This document shows, piece after piece, positions 30,652-40,609 of a stretch of 57,226 nucleotides of DNA (position 1 is its first letter; the number at the start of each line of letters is the position of its first letter). Below the pieces are notes generated by a model. The model saw nothing but the letters and a program-made list of their open reading frames with translations, searched no databases and was not told the DNA's origin. Position numbers and translations under genes: made by a program. Where the stretch lies: sequence record DRR378314_1853. One strand, 5' to 3'.

Positions 30652-30827
30652 GTTATTTAAACTTAGGTGCCCAGCGCCCAGCGCTAGACGAAAATTAAAC
30701 TTTATTTTATCACAAAATTATTTTGACCTCTTTAAAACCTTCTTAAAGCTCTTCCAAAAAAATACCGTTCCCAGTCGCCACAATTTATGAGGAATGCCTT
30801 TAACATTACCGAAATTGCATTGAGGTT

Positions 30828-32237
30828 TTAAACCAATTCCTCTTGCATCAACTCCCTTGGATCTGTTACCTTTCCGGTAACGGCCGCAGCAGCTGCCACC
30901 AACGGACTTGCCAAAAGTGTTCTTGACCCAGGGCCTTGTCTACCTTCAAAATTTCTATTTGAGGTACTCACAGCATATTTCCCAGCAGGAACCTTATCAT
31001 CGTTCATGGCCAAGCATGCAGAGCAACCTGGTTCACGTAATTCAAAACCAGCTTCGTGCAAAATGTCCAAAATTCCTTCTTCCTTGATGGCAGATTCCAC
31101 TTTATGGGATCCAGGTACTAACCAAGCCGTAACATTATCTGCTTTTTTTCTGCCCTTAACTATGGAAGCAAAGGCTCTAAAGTCTTCGATACGGCCATTG
31201 GTACAACTTCCCAAAAACACAAAATCGATTGGCTTTCCAATCATGTTATCGCCCTCATTAAAGGCCATATATTGAAGTGATTTTTTATAAGTGGCAACAC
31301 CACCCTCCACAGATTCGGCCTGTGGAATACCATTGGAAATTCCGATACCCATTCCTGGATTGGTACCATAGGTAATCATAGGTTCTATATCGGCAGCATC
31401 AAAAGTTATTTCTTTGTCAAAAGTAGCATCCTCATCCGTTTTAAGGGTTTTCCAATATTCCATGGCTTTGTCCCAGTCGGCACCTACAGGAGTAAATTCC
31501 CGTCCTTTGATATATTCGAAAGTTTTTTCGTCCGGGGCGATCATCCCTCCACGGGCACCCATTTCAATACTTAGGTTACAAACAGTCATCCTACCTTCCA
31601 TAGTCATGTTCCTAAAAACATCACCTGCATACTCCACAAAATATCCCGTAGCACCAGAGGTCGTTAATTTGGAAATTATATAAAGGGCCACATCTTTGGG
31701 GGTAACGCCCTTACTAAGTTTTCCATTGACATTGATACGCATAGATTTGGCCTTCTGCTGCATAATACACTGGGTGGCCAATACCATTTCCACCTCGGAA
31801 GTTCCTATACCAAATGCAATAGCTCCAAATGCGCCATGGGTAGAGGTATGAGAATCACCACATACAATGGTAGCACCGGGTTGGGTAATTCCGTATTCCG
31901 GACCTACCACGTGAACAATCCCATTTTTTTCATGCCCAAGTCCCCAATAGGAAATACCGTGAGCCTTGGAATTTTCTTCCAATGCTTTTAGTTGATTGGC
32001 CGAAAGTGGATCTTTAACCGGCAAATGCTGGTTAATGGTAGGAGTGTTATGATCTGCAGTGGCAAAAGTACGCCCTGGATACATTACTGGAATACCCCTA
32101 CTTTTTATACCTAGAAATGCTACCGGACTAGTAACTTCATGAACCATGTGACGGTCTATGAACAGGACATCCGGCCCATTTTCAATCTTATGAACAACAT
32201 GGGAATCCCATACTTTATCAAATAACGTTTTCTTCAT
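30828..32237 (-). CDS. leuC: 3-isopropylmalate dehydratase large subunit
   Basis: [46 protein letters not shown]. Confidence 0.97.
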   Translation of the reverse strand: MKKTLFDKVWDSHVVHKIENGPDVLFIDRHMVHEVTSPVAFLGIKSRGIPVMYPGRTFATADHNTPTINQHLPVKDPLSANQLKALEENSKAHGISYWGLGHEKNGIVHVVGPEYGITQPGATIVCGDSHTSTHGAFGAIAFGIGTSEVEMVLATQCIMQQKAKSMRINVNGKLSKGVTPKDVALYIISKLTTSGATGYFVEYAGDVFRNMTMEGRMTVCNLSIEMGARGGMIAPDEKTFEYIKGREFTPVGADWDKAMEYWKTLKTDEDATFDKEITFDAADIEPMITYGTNPGMGIGISNGIPQAESVEGGVATYKKSLQYMAFNEGDNMIGKPIDFVFLGSCTNGRIEDFRAFASIVKGRKKADNVTAWLVPGSHKVESAIKEEGILDILHEAGFELREPGCSACLAMNDDKVPAGKYAVSTSNRNFEGRQGPGSRTLLASPLVAAAAAVTGKVTDPRELMQEELV

Positions 32238-32501
32238 TTTATAGGGTTATGATTTATGATCTTAGATTTAATATTCGTAACAAGGCACTTTGCCTACTTT
32301 TTTACTAGCATGCAAAATTAAGACTATCTTGGAAATCATTGAAATTAATATAGGAATAATTACGATGTTCAACATAAAAGTTGCCGAATGTTTGGAATAT
32401 AACCCAATCTTTTTTTGATATGACATTTAGCCGTCAATCCCATATTTGGGGCGAATAATTTAGGGCAGGACCCAGAACACAAAACCCCAATTATTAACAA
32501 T

Positions 32502-32537
32502 AAAAAAGGTGGTCAAAACCAGTTCGACCACCTTTTT
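32502..32537 (-). terminator. Intrinsic terminator downstream of the M28 peptidase gene
   Basis: AAAAAAGGTGGTC...GACCACCTTTTT inverted repeat 18 nt past the stop. Confidence 0.8.
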
Positions 32538-32554
32538 AAAATATCTTTTTTTTA

Positions 32555-34117
32555 TTACCTAGCAGCTTTATCCACCTTTAGACGGGCATCCCTGTTGGCT
32601 ATTTCCCATGCGGTAAGAAAAACCAGTCTGGTTCTATTTTCCAGCAGGTCATAATTAATTTTATCCGGTGTATCCCCTGGTTGGTGATAGTCGGCGTGAG
32701 TTCCATTAAAGTAGAATATGATAGGAATATTATTCTTTGCAAAATTGTAATGATCACTTCTGTAGTAGAAACGGTTGGGATCATTTTCATCGTTATAAGT
32801 ATAGTCCAATTCAATATTCATATACTTCTTGTTGACCTCTTCCGATAGATTATGAAGTTCCGTGCTCAACTTATCCGAACCAATTAAATAAATATAATTC
32901 CTATCTCCCGTACGATTAGGGTCTATTCTCCCAATCATATCAATATTTAAATCGGCCACCGTTTGGGACAAAGGAAAAATTGGGTCGTGATCAGCGTAAT
33001 ATTTAGATCCCAAAAGACCTTTTTCCTCTCCTGTAACATGGAGAAAAACAACAGATCGTTTTGGACCATTGCCTTCATCGGCGGCTTTTTTAAAGGCCTC
33101 CGCAATCTCCAAAAGTCCAACGGTTCCAGAGCCATCGTCGTCAGCACCATTATAAATTTCCCCCTCATTGTTTACTCCAACGTGATCAAGATGGGCCGAA
33201 ATTATAACATACTCATCAGGTTTTTCCGAACCTTTTATTACCGCAACCACATTCTCGGATTCCACATCTTTACTATCACTTTCAATATTCAGCATCAATT
33301 TGACGGAAACGTTTTTGGAAGTGTTTTCCGATAAAATATTTGGGAGAATGGCGTTAGCCACCATGCTATCGATAAAAAAGCTAAAAAAATCATTTTGGAC
33401 TTCATCTTTCAAACCCATACTGCCTCCATCTTGCCGCTGCATAAAATTAAACCTATTTTTAAAGCGACCGTAGTTGGCCTCATCAAAATACATTACCCCA
33501 ATGGCACCCTTGTTGGAAGCCAATTCCATTCTTTTTCCAATCGATTCCGACATATTGCTCCAAACAGATGCCTCATCGGAACCTGAAAGGGCATAGGTAC
33601 CATCCTCATTCATAGGTTCCCCTGCCTTAACCAAAACTATTTTACCCTTTACATCCACGTTGGCATAATCCGAGTAATCCTCTTCTTCTATACCATAGTT
33701 TACATAAACTATATTGTCATAACTACCCGTAGCAGCAGTAAATGTCAGCAAGCCTTCTCCATTTTCGTATTCCTTCCCGTTTATGGTAACAGACCCCTTA
33801 GGTAATTTACTTATGACCAAGGGAACATTTTGAAAATAATTTCCATCAGATTGGGCAGCAGGAATGCCAAGCTCTACATATTCTGCCTTAAGATATTCCA
33901 CTGCCAATTTTTGCCCCGGTTCTCCAGTGTCCCTTCCTTCAAATTCGTCTGAAGCATAAGTATAAAGATGTTCCTTTAGTTCGGCCTCCGTAATGGATTG
34001 AGCATAAACCATGGGGTCTACACTATTAACTACTGGTTCAATTTGTTGGGAAATGGTTTTTTGCGATGAGTTGCAGGCCATGGAAAGTCCTAACGCAACA
34101 AACAATATCTTTTTCAT
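32555..34117 (-). CDS. M28 family metallopeptidase lipoprotein with PA domain
   Basis: Lipobox SMAC. SAHLDH, GADDDGSG, GEEKGLLGS, NIDMIG, RSDH and DYH zinc-ligand motifs. Confidence 0.92.
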   Translation of the reverse strand: MKKILFVALGLSMACNSSQKTISQQIEPVVNSVDPMVYAQSITEAELKEHLYTYASDEFEGRDTGEPGQKLAVEYLKAEYVELGIPAAQSDGNYFQNVPLVISKLPKGSVTINGKEYENGEGLLTFTAATGSYDNIVYVNYGIEEEDYSDYANVDVKGKIVLVKAGEPMNEDGTYALSGSDEASVWSNMSESIGKRMELASNKGAIGVMYFDEANYGRFKNRFNFMQRQDGGSMGLKDEVQNDFFSFFIDSMVANAILPNILSENTSKNVSVKLMLNIESDSKDVESENVVAVIKGSEKPDEYVIISAHLDHVGVNNEGEIYNGADDDGSGTVGLLEIAEAFKKAADEGNGPKRSVVFLHVTGEEKGLLGSKYYADHDPIFPLSQTVADLNIDMIGRIDPNRTGDRNYIYLIGSDKLSTELHNLSEEVNKKYMNIELDYTYNDENDPNRFYYRSDHYNFAKNNIPIIFYFNGTHADYHQPGDTPDKINYDLLENRTRLVFLTAWEIANRDARLKVDKAAR

Positions 34118-34434
34118 TCAACTATTTTTAATTAATTCAGAATTTTCCAAAAATAGGGAAATCTTAAAGAAAGAATCTTACTATTTTTATAAAACTGTTT
34201 GGACTCTTATTGTAGGTGCTCCATAAGCGGTACTTATACCATAAATCTGGAACTGTGATCAAGACCATAAGCTTTCCGTTTGTTTTGGATGATGTAAAAC
34301 CTACATCGTTTATTAAGCTGTTTCCCCCATCTGAAGACCCAATAAGTTAATATTCTCTCAAATTCGGCTAATATTTCTCTATTTTAGGGTTTGTGGTTGT
34401 ATTAAATTTGTAAATCATAATAAAAATCTTTGTC

Positions 34435-35355
34435 ATGCAAATAAAATGGGAAGGCGTAATGCCAGCAGTTACCACCAAATTTACGAAAGAGGACACCTTG
34501 GACCTCGAAATGTTCGAAATCAATATACAGGCACAACTGAAAGCTGGGGTCAGTGCAATTATCTTGGGCGGCACCCTAGGAGAAGCCAGCACCCTAACAG
34601 ATGATGAGAAGAAGATATTGATTCAGGAGACTGTGAGAATTGTTGACGGTAACATACCTGTAATCATAAACATAGCCGAACAAACCACCAAAGGCGCCAT
34701 TGAAGCAGCTTCAAAAGCTAAAAAATATGGGGCCAGTGGTCTAATGATGCTTCCCCCTATGCGATACAAGGCTAATGACTTTGAAACGGTAACCTACTTT
34801 AAGGAGGTAGCCAAGAGCACAGATTTACCTATAATGATATACAATAATCCTGTAGATTACGGTATAGAAGTGACTTTGGATATGTTCGAAGAATTGTTGA
34901 CCATGCCCAACATACAAGCTGTGAAAGAATCTACCCGCGATATCTCGAACATCACGCGGATCAAAAATAGATTTGGCGACCGCTTAAAAGTGTTGACAGG
35001 CGTTGACACTTTAGGATTGGAAAGCGTTCTTATGGGTGCGGACGGTTGGGTTGCCGGACTGGTCTGTGCCTTTCCTGCAGAGACTGTAGCCGTATATAGC
35101 TTGGCAAAAGCTGGAAAAATTCAGGAAGCATTGGCCATATACAGATGGTTTTTACCATTATTGGAACTGGACATCAACCCTCAGTTGGTACAAAATATAA
35201 AATTGGCCGAAGTAGCTACAGGCATAGGAACTGAGCAAGTAAGGGCCCCTAGACTACCTCTTCAAGGCGAGGAAAGAATAAGAGTATTGAAAATAATTGA
35301 AGAAGGGATGAAGACAAGGCCAACCCTTCCCGAGTATAAACCAGAATTGGTTTAA
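34435..35355 (+). CDS. DHDPS-family protein, probable delta1-pyrroline-4-hydroxy-2-carboxylate deaminase
   Basis: GTLGE (not GTTGE), IYNNP, VKES, GADGWVAG; first gene of the hydroxyproline cluster. Confidence 0.8.
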   Translation: MQIKWEGVMPAVTTKFTKEDTLDLEMFEINIQAQLKAGVSAIILGGTLGEASTLTDDEKKILIQETVRIVDGNIPVIINIAEQTTKGAIEAASKAKKYGASGLMMLPPMRYKANDFETVTYFKEVAKSTDLPIMIYNNPVDYGIEVTLDMFEELLTMPNIQAVKESTRDISNITRIKNRFGDRLKVLTGVDTLGLESVLMGADGWVAGLVCAFPAETVAVYSLAKAGKIQEALAIYRWFLPLLELDINPQLVQNIKLAEVATGIGTEQVRAPRLPLQGEERIRVLKIIEEGMKTRPTLPEYKPELV

Positions 35356-35444
35356 CCTAATTATAACATAAAAAACTTTCTAAAGTGTTACTTTAGTCAA
35401 GGAAATTCAAGCTCATCTGAGCGTATAATTATAACAGATTCACA

Positions 35445-37028
35445 ATGATTACAGGGAAAAACTATATTGGAGTAGATACATCGGCCAGGAACAGTAGAAC
35501 ATATTCAACTTTCAATCCAAAATTAAATAAACCTACGGAATGGATTTTCCATGAGGCTTCCCAAGAAGAGGTAAATGCCGCTGTAGACAAGGCGGCACTT
35601 GCATTTGAAACCTATGGCAAATTTCCAGACGCCAAAAAAGCCGAATTTTTAAAGGCTATTGCCAGTGAAATTGAAGCCTTGGGTGATGAATTGATTTCGG
35701 TTTATGTCCAAGAATCCGGATTACCTGAAGGTAGGGCAAAAGGGGAGCGAGGAAGAACTATGGGACAACTACGGGCTTTTGCTACCTTGTTGGAGGAAGG
35801 TTCTTGGGTAGAGGCCACTATAGATACCGCACAACCAGATAGGGAACCATTGCCAAAAGTAGACATCAGAAAAATGCTGCTTCCCATTGGCCCCATTGCA
35901 GTATTTGGCGCCAGCAATTTTCCATTGGCCTTTTCCACTGCCGGGGGAGATACCGCCAGTGCCTTGGCTTCTGGCTGCCCTGTAATTGTAAAAAGTCACC
36001 CAATGCATGCCGGCACAGGAGAGTTGGTAGCCTCGGCCATTGCTAAAGCAGCTAAAAAGACGGGCATGCCGGATGGTGTTTTCTCCAACCTAAATAGTAG
36101 AGATTCTGAGGTAGGACAATTATTGACCATGCACCCAAAAGTAAAAGGAGTAGGTTTTACAGGGAGTACCAATGGAGGTATGGCCCTTTATAAATTGGCC
36201 TCGCAAAGAAAAGAGCCGATTCCGGTATTTGCCGAGATGGGCAGTATTAACCCAGTAGTGGTGCTATCTTCAGCCTTGGAACAAAAAAGCTCCGAATGGG
36301 CTTCGCAATACGCGGGTTCCATTGTATTGGGAGCTGGACAATTTTGTACTAATCCAGGACTTATAATAGGTATAAAAGGACAGGCCTTCGATGGTTTTAT
36401 AGCCAACCTTGGCAAGGAAATAGAAAAACTGGAGCCTACTTGCATGTTACACCCCAACATTTACGAAGGTTACGAAAAAGGTAAAAAGGAATTGTCTTCC
36501 CAGCCCAAAACAGCGGAAGTGGCTGCTTATAAAGGTGAAACCGCCCCTAATTTCGGTGAACAAAAAATATTGACCGTTGCTGCGCAAGACTTTTTGGACA
36601 ATCCCGTGTTACATAAGGAGGTTTTTGGTCCGTTTTCAATTGTTGTACAATGCCAGGACAAAGCGGAATTGGTTACCGTAATCCAGCATTTGGAAGGACA
36701 GTTAACAGGAACTATTCTAGGGACGGAAACCGAGATAAAAACGAGTCCAGAGGTAGTGAGCGCTTTGGTAAATAGGGTAGGGCGTATAATCTTTAACGGG
36801 GTCCCCACCGGAGTGGAAGTTTGCCCATCAATGATGCATGGCGGCCCATTTCCTTCCACTACGGACAGCAGGTTCACCTCCGTTGGAACTTCGGCCATAA
36901 GACGATGGGTCAGGCCAGTATCTTTCCAAAGTTGGCCCGAAGAAATATTACCGGATGCCTTAAAGAATAATAATCCCTTGGACATTATGAGGCTAGTAAA
37001 CGGTGAGCACAGCAAACAGAAGATTTAG
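35445..37028 (+). CDS. Alpha-ketoglutaric semialdehyde dehydrogenase (NADP+ ALDH)
   Basis: FGASNFPLAFSTAGGDTASALA, AEMGSINP, GQFCTNPG, EVFGP, HGGPFPST...TSVG. Confidence 0.85.
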   Translation: MITGKNYIGVDTSARNSRTYSTFNPKLNKPTEWIFHEASQEEVNAAVDKAALAFETYGKFPDAKKAEFLKAIASEIEALGDELISVYVQESGLPEGRAKGERGRTMGQLRAFATLLEEGSWVEATIDTAQPDREPLPKVDIRKMLLPIGPIAVFGASNFPLAFSTAGGDTASALASGCPVIVKSHPMHAGTGELVASAIAKAAKKTGMPDGVFSNLNSRDSEVGQLLTMHPKVKGVGFTGSTNGGMALYKLASQRKEPIPVFAEMGSINPVVVLSSALEQKSSEWASQYAGSIVLGAGQFCTNPGLIIGIKGQAFDGFIANLGKEIEKLEPTCMLHPNIYEGYEKGKKELSSQPKTAEVAAYKGETAPNFGEQKILTVAAQDFLDNPVLHKEVFGPFSIVVQCQDKAELVTVIQHLEGQLTGTILGTETEIKTSPEVVSALVNRVGRIIFNGVPTGVEVCPSMMHGGPFPSTTDSRFTSVGTSAIRRWVRPVSFQSWPEEILPDALKNNNPLDIMRLVNGEHSKQKI

Positions 37029-37032
37029 ACTA

Positions 37033-38040
37033 ATGCCCAGAAAGACTTTTTTTTGTGTGGATGCCCATACCTGCGGTAATCCCGTTAGGGTAGTTGCAGG
37101 GGGAGGACCTAATCTCCTAGGCGCGGACATGAGCGAAAAACGCCAACATTTTTTAAAGGAGTACGATTGGATTAGGAAAGGACTAATGTTTGAACCCCGC
37201 GGCCATGACATGATGAGCGGAAGTATTTTTTACCCGCCTTCCGATCCGGCCAACGATTTTGGCATCCTGTTTATAGAAACCAGTGGTTGTCTCCCCATGT
37301 GCGGACATGGTACCATAGGTGCAATTACCATAGGGATAGAGGAAGGGCTACTTTCTCCAAAAGAGCCAGGGAAAATAAGAATGGAAACTCCAGCGGGCTT
37401 GGTAAATATTGAATATCAACAAACCGGCAAAAAGGTGGATTGGGTAAAGTTGACCAATGTTAAATCATACCTTGCCGCGTCCGATCTTACCGTGAGTTGT
37501 TCAGATTTAGGGGAACTCGTTTTTGATGTCTCCTATGGGGGCAACTATTATGCTATTATTGATCCCCAAAAAAATTTTAAGGGCATTCAGGATTACTCCG
37601 CTGGCAAATTGGTCCAATACAGTCAGGAAATAAGGGAGAAAATAAATCTTAAATACCCCCACAAGTTTATACATCCAGAGAATCCAACCATCAATGGTGT
37701 TAGTCATATAGAATGGACGGGGAACACCATATCACCGGATGCCACCGCTAGAAATGCCGTTTTTTATGGGGATAAGGCTATAGACAGATCTCCCTGTGGT
37801 ACCGGTACCTCTGCACGAATGGCACAATGGCACGCCAAGGGCAAGCTAAAAGTAGGGGATGAGTTTATCCATGAAAGTTTTATCGGATCCCAATTTGTTG
37901 GAAAAGTGGAGGAGGAAACTACTTTGGCGGGAAAGACGGCCATCATTCCCAGTATTAAAGGATGGGCACAGGTTTATGGTTATAACAATATCATTATTGA
38001 TGATGATGATCCCTATGCACACGGTTTTCAAGTAATTTAA
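37033..38040 (+). CDS. 4-hydroxyproline 2-epimerase (proline racemase family, Cys/Cys)
   Basis: EPRGHDMMSG, MCGHG and DRSPCGTGT. Ser in MSG rather than the Phe of proline racemases. Confidence 0.88.
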   Translation: MPRKTFFCVDAHTCGNPVRVVAGGGPNLLGADMSEKRQHFLKEYDWIRKGLMFEPRGHDMMSGSIFYPPSDPANDFGILFIETSGCLPMCGHGTIGAITIGIEEGLLSPKEPGKIRMETPAGLVNIEYQQTGKKVDWVKLTNVKSYLAASDLTVSCSDLGELVFDVSYGGNYYAIIDPQKNFKGIQDYSAGKLVQYSQEIREKINLKYPHKFIHPENPTINGVSHIEWTGNTISPDATARNAVFYGDKAIDRSPCGTGTSARMAQWHAKGKLKVGDEFIHESFIGSQFVGKVEEETTLAGKTAIIPSIKGWAQVYGYNNIIIDDDDPYAHGFQVI

Positions 38041-38044
38041 GATC

Positions 38045-39295
38045 ATGGGAAAAGATGTAGTGATCATAGGTGGGGGAATAGTCGGACTCTGTTCTGCTTA
38101 TTTTTTACAAAAAGAAGGACATAAGATTACGGTATTGGACAAATCTGATATTACTTCCGGGGCTTCTTTTGTCAACGCTGGATATATTACCCCAAGCCAT
38201 ATTATTCCCTTGGCCTCCCCTGGAATGATTTCAAAGGGAATTAAATGGATGTTCAATTCGTCCAGTCCGTTTTATATGCAACCCCGTTGGGATACAGATT
38301 TTTTTAAATGGTCTTGGTATTTCCACAAATCCTCCACTAAAGAAAAAGTGGAGTTGGCCATACCATTGATCAAGGAAATAAATATAATTAGCAGGGAACT
38401 TTTCACCTCCATAAAGAATTCCGGGGATCTAGGGGATTTTCAACTGGAACGCAAGGGACTATTAATGCTTTATAAAACCGATAAGGAAGGTGAACATGAA
38501 ATGCAAGTAGCCAAAAAGGCTTCCTATTTAGGCCTGGAGGTTAGCTCTTTGAACAAAAAAGAACTGGATACACTTCAGCCAAATGTTACCATGAACGTCA
38601 AAGGTGCTATTCATTATGAGTGTGACGGACATACCACCCCAACAGAGTTCATGAAAAAAATGCTGGATTACTTGAAGAGAAGTGGGGTAATTGTTAAGAC
38701 GAATGAAGAGGTCATTGACTTATCCACTGAAAATGGCCGAATAACAAAGGTAACTACCAATAAGAATATCTATTCCCCTGAAGAAGTTGTCTTGGCAGCA
38801 GGCACTTGGAGCGATAATTTATCAAAGAAATTGAAAATTAAACTTCCTATACAGGCAGGGAAGGGTTATCGGATAAATGTTCCCAGACCCACTGGGATTA
38901 CTATTCCGGCCATTTTGATGGAAGCCAAGGTGGCGGTAACGCCAATGGCAGAATATACCCGTTTTGCGGGCACCATGGAATTCTCGGGAATCAATGATGT
39001 TATTAGAAAACAACGGGTTGAGGCCATCGCAAATGCCACCACCGAATTTTATCCGGAAATAAAAATAAGTGAGGCAGAAAAATTGGATGCCAAAAGTGGA
39101 TTACGACCCGTATCTCCAGACGGATTGCCCTATATTGGAAAGAGTAGCTCCCTAAAAAATTTAACCGTTGCAACCGGACACGCCATGATGGGTTGGAGTC
39201 TAGGCCCTGTGACCGGAAAATTGGTTTCGGAAATAATATCGGACAAAAAAACATCGATGGATATAAACGGCTTTTCTCCAAATAGACGATTCTAG
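38045..39295 (+). CDS. FAD-dependent D-amino acid dehydrogenase, probable cis-4-hydroxy-D-proline dehydrogenase
   Basis: GGGIVG, GASFVNAG, GKGY, GLRPVSPDGLPYIG, GHAMMGWSLGP; operon context. Confidence 0.8.
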   Translation: MGKDVVIIGGGIVGLCSAYFLQKEGHKITVLDKSDITSGASFVNAGYITPSHIIPLASPGMISKGIKWMFNSSSPFYMQPRWDTDFFKWSWYFHKSSTKEKVELAIPLIKEINIISRELFTSIKNSGDLGDFQLERKGLLMLYKTDKEGEHEMQVAKKASYLGLEVSSLNKKELDTLQPNVTMNVKGAIHYECDGHTTPTEFMKKMLDYLKRSGVIVKTNEEVIDLSTENGRITKVTTNKNIYSPEEVVLAAGTWSDNLSKKLKIKLPIQAGKGYRINVPRPTGITIPAILMEAKVAVTPMAEYTRFAGTMEFSGINDVIRKQRVEAIANATTEFYPEIKISEAEKLDAKSGLRPVSPDGLPYIGKSSSLKNLTVATGHAMMGWSLGPVTGKLVSEIISDKKTSMDINGFSPNRRF

Positions 39296-39432
39296 ATCTT
39301 ATGAACCCAAAAATAAATTCCAAATCATGAAATCGGAAACAAGCATGCTCCTTTTCATGGTCTGGAATTCCTAGGTTAAAAATATTAATTGGGATGAATA
39401 ACACTACCTTTTAAAAGATAAACTACTGCTGG

Positions 39433-40599
39433 CTAATCACTACCGCCTGTCTCACCCAATAAATTAAACCCTCCTTTAACTATAACCTGATCACTATCCT
39501 TTAAATCGCCCATTTCTGCAATGGCCGTATATCCATTATAGCTATCACCAATTTTAACCGCCTTTGTTTCAAAAACACTTCCTTCATTTCCTTCAGAAAC
39601 CAAGGTTATAACGTAATGGTTATTATCCTGGACAATTACACTTTCAATGGGCAGGGCGTTTATACTCTTGTTAGAAGTAATGATAGCAGCCTCAACAAAC
39701 ATACCTACTGCAAAATTGTGGTTTTCATCATCGTGTAAATGACCGTGGACCTTTACCGTTCTACTGTCCGCATCAATGGAGGTCCCCACCAAATATACCT
39801 CGGCTTCGTAATATTCCGCTGAAGCTTCGGATATTTTAAAACGTATTTTTTGATCCTTTTTTATATTCATAATATCCTTTTCAAAGACGGACAATTCCAA
39901 ATGAATGTGATCGGTATTTATAATTTCCATAATTTCGTCGGCAGGGGAGACATACATCCCCTTACTAACATTTACTTTGGTTATATTTCCGTCTATTGGG
40001 GCAAAAATGGTTGCCTCAGATGCCAAAATTCCTTTTTCAACATTATCCGGAGAAATATTTAACATTTTTAGTTTTTGTCGTAACCCGTTGTATCTGGCAA
40101 GATTGCGTTTGTATTCGCTCTCTGCCTTTAAAAAATTCTTTTGTGAGGTTATGTTTTCGGCAACTAGACTTTTTTGGCGGTCAAATTCGGATTTCAAAAA
40201 ATTAAGCTGTTCAAAGCTTTCTTGATAATCCTGTTGCAATTGTATAAATTCGGGATTTTCCAATGTAAGTAGAGGCTGTCCTTTTTTTACCTTATTTCCG
40301 ATCAAAAGGGGAGTTCTTTTTATATATCCCCCGGCAAATGCACTTACTATTGCTTTATTTTGGGGAGGAACGTCTATGGTCCCAGCAACCACTACCTCTA
40401 CAGGGAAGTTTTGTTGACTAATACGCCCAAGTTCCATGCCCTCTCCGTCAAATTGGGCTTTGGAAATGGCAATGGTATTTGTCGCTTGTTCACTTGGGTC
40501 AGCATTGGCAGCAACATTGCTTTTTTCATTGGAATCCCCGCATGCAGACACATTGAGGAAAAGGACTGTTACAATAAGTATATATAGTAATCGTGACAT
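39433..40599 (-). CDS. RND efflux periplasmic adaptor subunit (CzcB/CusB-like lipoprotein)
   Basis: Lipobox VSAC, lipoyl half-motifs (GNKVKKGQPL, IFAPIDG), coiled hairpin; 10 nt downstream of czcA. Confidence 0.9.
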   Translation of the reverse strand: MSRLLYILIVTVLFLNVSACGDSNEKSNVAANADPSEQATNTIAISKAQFDGEGMELGRISQQNFPVEVVVAGTIDVPPQNKAIVSAFAGGYIKRTPLLIGNKVKKGQPLLTLENPEFIQLQQDYQESFEQLNFLKSEFDRQKSLVAENITSQKNFLKAESEYKRNLARYNGLRQKLKMLNISPDNVEKGILASEATIFAPIDGNITKVNVSKGMYVSPADEIMEIINTDHIHLELSVFEKDIMNIKKDQKIRFKISEASAEYYEAEVYLVGTSIDADSRTVKVHGHLHDDENHNFAVGMFVEAAIITSNKSINALPIESVIVQDNNHYVITLVSEGNEGSVFETKAVKIGDSYNGYTAIAEMGDLKDSDQVIVKGGFNLLGETGGSD

Positions 40600-40609
40600 A
40601 GTATTTATT

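Noticed and set aside
32294-32311. Mini-ORF MLVKK upstream of leuC as a possible leu leader peptide
   Set aside because: It has only one Leu codon, its ATG abuts the putative -7 box (TAATTTTG, 32320-32313) and so probably precedes the TSS, and no terminator hairpin follows.
34164-34268. 34-aa minus-strand ORF (MVLITVPDLWYKY...) between the M28 peptidase and the Hyp operon
   Set aside because: No motif or supporting signals; likely a chance ORF in a divergent promoter region.
34435-35355. Calling the DHDPS-family gene dapA
   Set aside because: The GTLGE motif and hydroxyproline-operon context favour the pyrroline-hydroxy-carboxylate deaminase.
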